Virus record (IMG/VR): IMGVR_UViG_3300032235_000387
Coordinates: 7,211-71,210 of that record
Origin: a virus
Direction: 5' to 3' (one strand)
DNA: 64,000 nt
This document shows, one piece after another, positions 57,601-64,000 of this stretch (its first letter is position 1; every line of letters starts with the position of its first letter). Made by a program: the position numbers and the translations under genes. Under the pieces are notes generated by a model. It was given only the letters and a program-made list of their open reading frames with translations. It searched no databases and was not told the DNA's origin.

Positions 57601-59649
57601 TGTTAAAATACCAGAAATTCTTGCATTTCCAGTAACATCTAATCTCGATTTTGGTAGTGTAGAACCTATACCAACATTTTGATTTAAATCAATTCTTATA
57701 GCATCATTCTGCCCATTGGCACCTAAACCAAGTTGAACAGATCCTTCAGAACGAACATTAGATATTAAATTTGCATGAGAGATAACAATATCACCTTGAC
57801 CACCTTTTACAAATCTTATATTTCCACCATCAACTTCTAAAACATATTCTTCCGCAGGAGAAAGAACACCAATACCAACTTGACCACTATTTAAAATAGT
57901 GAATGCATTTGCATCATTACGAGATCCATGTTCAACAAGGAAAGCAGGACCAGTTCCAAGTTGTGTTACGCGAAGAAGTTCTGTAGTTGTTGCACCTTCA
58001 AAAATAACATCACCAGAAACATTAAGGAATGCTGGAGTTAACGTAGTACCAATACCAACACCATTATTTGTAAATCTAACTTTCTCATTTTCTGCTAAGG
58101 TTCCACCAGAAAATAGTGAGAGATATGATGTAGTTTTACCAACACCTAAGGATAGATTGCCATCAGAAGTATATAAGTATCCATCAGTTGGACCGTTAAT
58201 AGTCCAAGTATCAGTGCCAAACCCACTATTATTAATACCAAGATCTAAAAAGTTTACATTATTATTACCATTATCAGCAGTTAATACAAGGTCAGAAGAT
58301 GCGTTAGATCCAGAAAACGCATTGCGAATATTTACTTGGGCAAATGAATTTACATTCCCACTAAAATCTGCAAGAACATTTGTTAATCCAGCAGTTGAAC
58401 TTGTATTTTCAGTAACAGAAAATCTATATATTGGATTTGTAGTGCCTATACCGACATTTGAAAGTGTATTAATTCCAGAAGAAGTTTTTTCCCAATATGT
58501 TTCTCCAGTTAGTCCAGGATCTCCTTTAGAACCCTGAACACCTTGATTACTTAAACCTTGGAGTCCTTGAAGACCTTGAATTCCTTGAGTACCTTGATCA
58601 CCTTGGAAACCTTGGAGACCTTGTGTTCCTTGATCACCTTTTATACCTTGTGTTCCTTGAAGACCTTGGAGACCTTGAGTACCTTGATCACCTTTTAAAC
58701 CTTGAAGTCCTTGAGGTCCTCTAACAGTACCAACATTAGTCCAAGAAGTTGTTGCAATTCCTACGATAGCAACCCAAAGATTTCCTAAATTACTATCAAT
58801 TACACCATCTCCAGAATCTGCAGGATACCAAGAATTTCCAGAATCATTTAACTGAGATGTTTCAATACCAACTGTTAACGCTAAAGTACCTACAATAGTA
58901 ATAGAAGTACCATCACTTCCACGTTGTCCTAAAGCACCTTGCAGTCCTTGACTACTTTGCAATCCTTGAACACCTTGATTACTTAAACCTTGGAGTCCTT
59001 GTAAACCTTGGAGACCTTGAGTACCTTGATTACCTTGATTACCTTGATTACCTTGTAAACCTTGAAAACCTTGAATACCTTGAATTCCCTGCCTTCCTTG
59101 TGTTCCTTGATGACCTTGAAGACCTTGTAAACCTTGAGTTCCTTGATCACCTTTTAGACCTTGAAGACCTTGAAGACCTTGAGTACCCTGAATACCTTGA
59201 AGACCTTGGAGACCTTGATTACCTTGATTACCTAAAAGACCTTGAAGACCTTGAAGACCTTGGATACCTTGATCACCAACTAATCCTTGAAGGCCTTGAG
59301 TACCTTGATCACCCTTTATACCTTGCGTACCTTGTAAACCTTGAATACCCTGGTTTCCTTGAATTCCAGTAGAACCAATACCTATAGTTCCCTGAGATCC
59401 TTGACTACCTTGAGTTCCTTGAAAATCACTTAATGGACCTTGAACACCTTGAGATCCCCAAATACCTTGAATTCCTTGAGGTCCCTGAGATCCCTGAGAT
59501 CCTCCACCACCAGTAAATCCTTGAATTCCTTGAGTACCCTGAATTCCCTGAGACGCGGTTGTACTTGAAACTATCTTAAGAGCATTATCTTGACCAACTC
59601 TTACGATATTAGAATTTGATGAATTGACTGTTACTTTTATGTCGGACAT
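54676..59649 (-). CDS. 1657-aa collagen-like tail fibre with C-terminal peptidase S74 intramolecular chaperone
   Basis: (GXQ)n tracts, VGIGT repeats, SDERLKTNI...LRGVEF...GVIAQEVE...LIEAVKEL chaperone domain. Confidence 0.9.
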   Translation of the reverse strand: MSDIKVTVNSSNSNIVRVGQDNALKIVSSTTASQGIQGTQGIQGFTGGGGSQGSQGPQGIQGIWGSQGVQGPLSDFQGTQGSQGSQGTIGIGSTGIQGNQGIQGLQGTQGIKGDQGTQGLQGLVGDQGIQGLQGLQGLLGNQGNQGLQGLQGIQGTQGLQGLQGLKGDQGTQGLQGLQGHQGTQGRQGIQGIQGFQGLQGNQGNQGNQGTQGLQGLQGLQGLSNQGVQGLQSSQGLQGALGQRGSDGTSITIVGTLALTVGIETSQLNDSGNSWYPADSGDGVIDSNLGNLWVAIVGIATTSWTNVGTVRGPQGLQGLKGDQGTQGLQGLQGTQGIKGDQGTQGLQGFQGDQGTQGIQGLQGLQGLSNQGVQGSKGDPGLTGETYWEKTSSGINTLSNVGIGTTNPIYRFSVTENTSSTAGLTNVLADFSGNVNSFAQVNIRNAFSGSNASSDLVLTADNGNNNVNFLDLGINNSGFGTDTWTINGPTDGYLYTSDGNLSLGVGKTTSYLSLFSGGTLAENEKVRFTNNGVGIGTTLTPAFLNVSGDVIFEGATTTELLRVTQLGTGPAFLVEHGSRNDANAFTILNSGQVGIGVLSPAEEYVLEVDGGNIRFVKGGQGDIVISHANLISNVRSEGSVQLGLGANGQNDAIRIDLNQNVGIGSTLPKSRLDVTGNARISGILTVGSSSITLNGVTNVLNVGTGVTVYGNTGIVSAVEYYGDGSKLSNIVSVSGIGINTSGGNVGYGITIIDFRGSGVSTVTNFSGITTIYIEGTQGLQGLQGNIGSQGNQGLQGTQGTQGRQGSQGLQGRDGKAISSGLPYQFDSTTTNSDPGTGDFRFNNSDQTLATSMYIDDLTNDSDNVRAYLLELGTYSGTPKAYIYIFATFDTAIYKLNSVTSQTGYVEFGVTYVSGTPFTNGNIVQILFAVVGSQGVQGLQGVQGPLSNFQGTQGLQGRQGTQGLQGRQGLQGLQGLQGFQGRQGIQGPLSNFQGTQGIQGLQGDIGSQGNQGSQGAQGVGSQGAQGVGSQGTQGLQGDIGSQGNQGLQGLQGLQGTQATQGIQGLKGDQGTQGLQGLQGLQGTQGLQGLKGDQGTQGLQGLQGTQGLQGTQGLQGLQGLNGDQGTQGLQGLQGLQGLQGTQGLQGTQGLQGFSNQGVQGIQGSFGIQGLQGTLGQRGNDGTSITIVGTLALTVGIETSQLNDPANSWYPANSGDGVIDSNLGNLWVAVVGIATTSWSNVGNIRGPQGLQGLKGDQGTQGLQGLQGTQGIQGLQGLQGLQGDQGTQGLQGLQGTQGLQGIVGIGSTGSQGTQGLQGLQGTQGLQGLKGDQGLQGLQGLIGDQGTQGLQGLQGLQGLQGTQGNQGTQGLQGLIGDQGTQGLQGLQGLQGNQGTQGLQGLQGLQGDQGLQGLQGLQGTQGTQGLKGDQGTQGLQGLQGLQGLQGLQGDQGTQGLQGLQGLQGNQGTQGLQGLKGDQGTQGLQGLQGTQGTQGIQNTQGAQGTFVQGIQGSSGSGGGGGGGSIAIANDTTTNDTFYVGIASTSTGTLTTLNVSTTGLTFNPSTGNLVAGGTVTANSDERLKTNIKTIENALDKVLSLRGVEFDRIDNGDHQIGVIAQEVEQIIPHVVYPKHPTPDYEKKSVAYANLIGLLIEAVKELNQKIEEK

Positions 59650-59696
59650 TCCTTAGATACTCTCAAAGGTGGATAGAGGATATCTCTTTTATTAGG

Positions 59697-59703
59697 TATT
59701 TAT
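59697..59703 (-). promoter_or_regulatory. Late promoter (ATAAATA) for the fibre/propeller operon
   Basis: ATAAATA about 48 nt upstream of the fibre ATG. Confidence 0.5.
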
Positions 59704-60075
59704 CTATTTAATCTGATTGCTTCTTGACTTATACCTAAACAAATTTTGAGGAGAATCTGGTTTCATCCATTTTTTAATTTTTTCATAACGCTCATTACTA
59801 AAAAAATCTTGAGAAGAATACCATTCTTCCCATTGGGAATGACCTTTGTTTTGGTTACAAGAATGACAGCAACAAACTACATTTTTTGTAAAATCCATTC
59901 CACCTTTTGATTGTGGTATTATATGGTCAAGTGTAAGTTTTTCCTCAGATCCACAGTAAGCACATTGATTATTCCATTTTTCTCTTATTTGATTTCTCCA
60001 AATTCTTTTTGCTTCCGATGAACTAGTTGTTTGGAGATTATACAAATAATATTGAGGAGAATGGAAAAGTTCCAT
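59704..60075 (-). CDS. HNH endonuclease
   Basis: CAYCG...LTLDHIIPQSKGG...NVVCCCHSCNQNKG. Confidence 0.9.
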   Translation of the reverse strand: MELFHSPQYYLYNLQTTSSSEAKRIWRNQIREKWNNQCAYCGSEEKLTLDHIIPQSKGGMDFTKNVVCCCHSCNQNKGHSQWEEWYSSQDFFSNERYEKIKKWMKPDSPQNLFRYKSRSNQIK

Positions 60076-60099
60076 AAAAGAAATATTTAATATTATATA

Positions 60100-60585
60100 C
60101 TATCTATAATTGAAAATAATATTAGATCTATAATTTTTATCAGTACAATTTGTAGATGTATGAGGTTGACTTGGATCAAAAAATAATGCCCTATTTTCTA
60201 CAGAATCAATTTCTACAACATCATTCAATATAGTTTTTCCATTGTTAGTATTAAGGTAAAAAATACAACCAGTATGAGAATAATCAAAGTCAATATGATT
60301 AATATAACGGTAATTAATACAATCTTTAGGATATAAATTTACCTTTATTCTCCACAAATCTTTTATATTTAATTTATCCATAATTGGTTTTACTGCAGAT
60401 AAATCTTCATCTACCACACCCTCATAAAAATATAAAAGATTTACAAAAAATATACCATCATTGGAATCAATTGTACTTACCGTGTTTACTAATTTCCAAG
60501 AAAAATTTTCATTTTCTAAAATATTTTTCTTTAGTTTTAAAAAAACATCTTGTTCAAGAAAATTATCAATTACTTTATAGTTCAT
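60100..60585 (-). CDS. 2OG-Fe(II) oxygenase
   Basis: VIDNFL...RIKVNL...HID...IFYLNTNNG.T...ENRALFFD...H...R. Confidence 0.85.
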   Translation of the reverse strand: MNYKVIDNFLEQDVFLKLKKNILENENFSWKLVNTVSTIDSNDGIFFVNLLYFYEGVVDEDLSAVKPIMDKLNIKDLWRIKVNLYPKDCINYRYINHIDFDYSHTGCIFYLNTNNGKTILNDVVEIDSVENRALFFDPSQPHTSTNCTDKNYRSNIIFNYR

Positions 60586-60707
60586 GATATACTAAAAATA
60601 ATTTTAAATGTTTCTTTTAAAGTTATATAAATGTAATTCCATTCATCAAAATAAGTAATATCACTATCTCTTTCAAAAATTTCTATAATTTTTTTAATAT
60701 TATTCAT
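60582..60707 (-). CDS. Small hypothetical protein (41 aa)
   Basis: MNNIKKIIEIFERDSDITYFDEWNYIYITLKETFKIIFSIS*; fills the gap with an ATGA overlap. Confidence 0.5.
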   Translation of the reverse strand: MNNIKKIIEIFERDSDITYFDEWNYIYITLKETFKIIFSIS

Positions 60708-60715
60708 CTTATCTT

Positions 60716-61498
60716 TTAAGGTATATTTTTAAAATGATCACTTAATGTTAAGAATTGTCCATTATTTTTCCACCATTCAATAGTTTGTTGATAGGAATAT
60801 AAATTAACCTCATTACCAGATCCCCATCTCCAAGTAGTAAGACAATTTAAAACATCTTCTGTGAATAAAGGAAAACCATAAATTTTACCAATAGAAGAAA
60901 ATATAACAGTTTCAATAACTGGTATTTTTGCCCATTCTGGACGTTGCTCAATATCACTCCCATTAAGATCTAAATGAAATTCATGATCATAATAGTAATT
61001 TTCAATTACTTTTTTAGCGTATTTTCTTGATATTAGATAAGCACATCCAGACCAATCACACCAACATCTATTTCTAAACTCTACATTAAATGTATAAAAA
61101 TTTTCTCTTACCCAACATAATTGCACACATTCCCAATCAGAGGGAAGATTATTATAAAATTCTTCCCAAGTGAAATTCCAATAATCTATAGTTTCTAAAC
61201 TTAAATCATCTTCACAGAAAAATGCATAAGGTTCATCAGTACCATAATACCATCCCTTAATAGTTCTTAAATGTGATGTTAATGGACCTCTACCAGGACC
61301 TATCATTTTATCAATATATTCTCCATGAAAAATATAATCACCTTCCTCATATCTTTTAAATATATGGGAAGTTAAATTTTTGATATTATAGTTTTTAAAT
61401 TTTTTTAATAATAGATTTCTTCTTTCTTCGGAATCTATTGTACTAATAAAATGTACAGGAGGAAAATTTTTTAGTTTATTATGGTTTTGTATAGACAT
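60716..61498 (-). CDS. GT25-like glycosyltransferase
   Basis: SHL..IK.W...FCEDD...LPSDWECVQL...AYLISRKYAKK. Confidence 0.75.
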   Translation of the reverse strand: MSIQNHNKLKNFPPVHFISTIDSEERRNLLLKKFKNYNIKNLTSHIFKRYEEGDYIFHGEYIDKMIGPGRGPLTSHLRTIKGWYYGTDEPYAFFCEDDLSLETIDYWNFTWEEFYNNLPSDWECVQLCWVRENFYTFNVEFRNRCWCDWSGCAYLISRKYAKKVIENYYYDHEFHLDLNGSDIEQRPEWAKIPVIETVIFSSIGKIYGFPLFTEDVLNCLTTWRWGSGNEVNLYSYQQTIEWWKNNGQFLTLSDHFKNIP

Positions 61499-62042
61499 AA
61501 GTATTGGTCACACTATTAACATTAAATCCAGTTAATAACTCATTTACAGCTTTGTAAACACCAGCAAAGCAACCTCCACCATCAGAAGGATAATCATGCC
61601 CTGCTAAAATTCCCCCAGATTTAATTTTAGGTAACCAATGAATAATATCGTTCTTTACATCTTCATATTGATGAGAAGCATCAATAAAAACAAAATCTAA
61701 AGAATTATCTTCAAAATCTTTAGATGCTTCTATTGATAATTTACGAATAGGTTTATAATAATTTACCAATGGACTCATATTATCAATAAACAAATCATAT
61801 AGACCAGATAAATCCATTTCTTCATGCTCTAAACTACCTTCCCAAGTATCGACACAATAAAACTCAATATTTTTTGTTGAGTTTGCAATTTCAACTGCCA
61901 TATACGCAGAAGACTTACCTTTCCATGATCCAACCTCTACAAATTTACTACCAGAAGGAAATTTTTCAACCATTTCTAGATAAAGATTTGGATAGGTAAA
62001 CCAATTTTCACCAAATTGAGGTTGCTGATAAATGTGATTCAT
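61479..62042 (-). CDS. Class I SAM methyltransferase (Methyltransf_24-like)
   Basis: VEVGSWKGKS...VDTW...FIDASHQYE...GGILAGHDY. Confidence 0.85.
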   Translation of the reverse strand: MNHIYQQPQFGENWFTYPNLYLEMVEKFPSGSKFVEVGSWKGKSSAYMAVEIANSTKNIEFYCVDTWEGSLEHEEMDLSGLYDLFIDNMSPLVNYYKPIRKLSIEASKDFEDNSLDFVFIDASHQYEDVKNDIIHWLPKIKSGGILAGHDYPSDGGGCFAGVYKAVNELLTGFNVNSVTNTYVYTKP

Positions 62043-62043
62043 T

Positions 62044-62256
62044 TTATTTTTCTATATTATTTTCGTATTTATTGTAGTTATTTTTACAAGCATCTCTTGC
62101 CCAAGCACGACTTAAACTATTAACATAAGAACAAGATTTTCCAGATTCCCCACAGTATGGACATTTTTCATCTGGGGGATCTTTAAGATAACCCTCAGGT
62201 GTATACATCTTTTTCTTTTTAATATTTTCTGTTTGTTTATGTTTTCGGTGGTTCAT
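62044..62256 (-). CDS. Small Cys-rich hypothetical protein
   Basis: CPYCG...CSY...AWARDAC; start uncertain. Confidence 0.55.
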   Translation of the reverse strand: MNHRKHKQTENIKKKKMYTPEGYLKDPPDEKCPYCGESGKSCSYVNSLSRAWARDACKNNYNKYENNIEK

Positions 62257-62257
62257 A

Positions 62258-62833
62258 TTAAGGAACTTGATAAACCCAACAATATTCTCCTGTAGAAAAA
62301 TTAGAGAGTTTTTCATTTACTGCCTTTTTAACACCGGGAAAATAATCATAAAAACCAGTATAGTAATCATGACCAGCAAGTATTCCACCTGATTTAATTT
62401 TAGGTAACCATTTTTCGATGTCAGTTTTTACATCTTCATACTCGTGAGAGGCATCCAAAAAAACAAAATCCAAAGACTTCTCTTTAAACTTTTTAGATGC
62501 TATTTCAGAAGAAAGTTTTAATGGAATATAATAACTTTCAACTGGTTTCATATTGTTGATAAATGTTTCGTACAAAGTTAAAAGTGATTTTTCCACATCA
62601 CCACTTTTATGTTCTAAACTACCTTCCCAAGTATCGACACAATAAAACTCAATATCTTTTTTAGAATTTACAATTTCTACAGCAATATACGAAGACGATC
62701 TACCTTTCCATGATCCAACCTCTACAAATTTACTACCAGAAGGAAATTTTTCAACCATTTCTCGATAAAGATTTGGATAGGTAAACCAATTTTCACCAAA
62801 AATATTATCGTCAGTATAATAGTGTTCTAACAT
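62258..62833 (-). CDS. Class I SAM methyltransferase (paralogue of 61479-62042)
   Basis: Same motifs; near-identical 5' sequence. Confidence 0.85.
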   Translation of the reverse strand: MLEHYYTDDNIFGENWFTYPNLYREMVEKFPSGSKFVEVGSWKGRSSSYIAVEIVNSKKDIEFYCVDTWEGSLEHKSGDVEKSLLTLYETFINNMKPVESYYIPLKLSSEIASKKFKEKSLDFVFLDASHEYEDVKTDIEKWLPKIKSGGILAGHDYYTGFYDYFPGVKKAVNEKLSNFSTGEYCWVYQVP

Positions 62834-62843
62834 TTTTTTTATT

Positions 62844-63119
62844 TTATAAAATTACTGGTTTATCCACTGAATATGGAAGTTTTTCTTTATACGAATTCAG
62901 TTGCTCTACTTTTCCAGCAGGCAACCCAACTTGACCTGGAAGTTGTTTATCAGTTGTTGAAGTAATGTCAATCACCTGATCCAGGATAAATCTTTGACGA
63001 CTGTAAGAGCGATTTTGCGAATCAAATGCAACCATCATTATTGCATCATTAATATCACCACAATGAGCAATGACTCTTCCAGTCTTATTCTCAGTTACGA
63101 TCCAATATTCGTTCATCAT
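62844..63119 (-). CDS. Hypothetical cyanophage protein
   Basis: 91-aa ORF (IAHCG...DA.M...VIDI) preceded by a sigma70 promoter. Confidence 0.7.
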   Translation of the reverse strand: MMNEYWIVTENKTGRVIAHCGDINDAIMMVAFDSQNRSYSRQRFILDQVIDITSTTDKQLPGQVGLPAGKVEQLNSYKEKLPYSVDKPVIL

Positions 63120-63225
63120 TTAATTTCTTTTCTTTATTATAAGGCACTTTGTTCGGTCTGTAAAGTCCAGGCCAAGTATCTCTAATAACTTCTGCAAGTT
63201 TATAAGGTGTCTCCGAACTAATCAT
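63091..63225 (-). CDS. Small hypothetical protein (44 aa)
   Basis: MISSETPYKLAEVIRDTWPGLYRP...; starts 2 nt after the gnd stop. Confidence 0.5.
   Translation of the reverse strand: MISSETPYKLAEVIRDTWPGLYRPNKVPYNKEKKLNDERILDRN
63136..63164 (-). promoter_or_regulatory. Sigma70-type promoter
   Basis: TTTACA-17 nt-TATAAT upstream of 62844-63119. Confidence 0.65.
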
Positions 63226-63226
63226 T

Positions 63227-64000
63227 TTATCTAACGTGATGTCCACCAAACATGTAACGCATTCCATTTAAGATCTTTGCTCCGAACGATCCGAGATTGC
63301 GTGAGTTAAATCTTTCAAATAAGGCAGTAGTAATAACAGGTGCGGGAATCCCCAGATCCACAGCGGCAGAAACAGTCCAGCGACCCTCACCACTGTCGGA
63401 TACGCCTCCAGAGAACTGTTTAAGGCTACCATCCCTGCGTAGCACATCAGCAGTAAGATCAAGTAACCAAGACCCAACCACGCTACCACGACGCCATAAC
63501 TCAGCAACCTCAGCAACGTCAATGTCATAGCAATAGGATTTTGGATCTGCCATTGGGGCAACTTCAGCATCTCCTTCTCTAACATATTGAGCACCTGCAT
63601 TCGCATTCTTGATAATGTTGAATCCTTCTGCATATGCCTGCATAATACCATACTCAATACCATTATGCACCATTTTCACAAAGTGTCCAGCACCTGGACC
63701 ACCACAATGCAACCATCCATATTCGGCAGAAGTTATGTCTGAGTCAAATTGAGTCCTGGCGGCAGCGTCAATTCCTGGGGAGAGTGCATCAAAAATGCGC
63801 GAACAAGTGGAGACTGCAGTATTTCCACCACCAACCATAAGACAGTATCCACGATCCAAACCATAAACACCACCGCTAGTACCACAATCAATATATTGGA
63901 TACCAAGTTTTGCCAGGCGTTCTGCTCTCTTCCGACTGTCCTTAAAATTGCTATTGCCATGATCAATAATAATATCTCCTTCACCACAATATCGTAGTAA
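63227..64000 (-). CDS. gnd: 6-phosphogluconate dehydrogenase (auxiliary metabolic gene); 5' end outside the window
   Basis: Frame continues upstream of the track start (GDIIIDHGNS...DCGTSGG); GAGHFVKMVHNGIEYG, DSGEGRWT, MRYMFGGH. Confidence 0.95.
   Translation of the reverse strand, partial: LLRYCGEGDIIIDHGNSNFKDSRKRAERLAKLGIQYIDCGTSGGVYGLDRGYCLMVGGGNTAVSTCSRIFDALSPGIDAAARTQFDSDITSAEYGWLHCGGPGAGHFVKMVHNGIEYGIMQAYAEGFNIIKNANAGAQYVREGDAEVAPMADPKSYCYDIDVAEVAELWRRGSVVGSWLLDLTADVLRRDGSLKQFSGGVSDSGEGRWTVSAAVDLGIPAPVITTALFERFNSRNLGSFGAKILNGMRYMFGGHHVR

Noticed and set aside
55020-59372. Similar LEDL-type and alternate-frame ORFs over the third collagen gene
   Set aside because: Same repeat artefact.
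41941-59649. Diversity-generating retroelement acting on the fibre genes
   Set aside because: No reverse transcriptase in the window, and differences between repeats do not appear restricted to adenines.
59704-60075. HNH gene as an intron-encoded mobile element
   Set aside because: Flanking genes are intact and no group I intron core was recognised; it is free-standing.
1-64000. tRNA genes, integrase or att sites, stop-codon reassignment
   Set aside because: None recognised; intergenic gaps are short and core genes translate full-length in the standard code.

Overview
A 64-kb, AT-rich segment of a T4-like myovirus genome, most likely a cyanophage (inferred from gnd, DUF1825, DUF4278, phoH, thyX, a glutamine-riboswitch-like RNA and an NtcA-type box). 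Nearly all genes are on the minus strand. Left to right: (1) two Gly-X-Gln collagen-like fibre genes and the baseplate/hub module (gp5, gp27-like, lysozyme/M15 peptidase, gp51, gp26, tail-tube-like, gp4, gp2, gp48, gp53); (2) a Mom-like acyltransferase and the gp32-gp59-gp33-exonuclease-phoH-thyX core block; (3) a small terminator-bounded unit not shown in the ORF track, with an NtcA-type box, two glutamine-riboswitch-like aptamers (one with a 51-codon ORF in its loop), a DUF4278 peptide and a basic peptide; (4) about 12 kb of glycosyltransferase and methyltransferase genes; (5) three Gly-rich/Asp-box beta-propeller proteins and a third collagen fibre with an S74 chaperone; (6) HNH, 2OG-Fe(II) oxygenase, more GT/MTase genes and the 3' part of gnd. 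Best leads: the nitrogen-sensing RNA/peptide module, phycobiliprotein-like Cys-containing domains in a fibre, reelin-like repeats in another fibre, nested propellers, and a likely virion or cell-surface glycosylation system. All family calls come from motif recognition by eye, not database searches.
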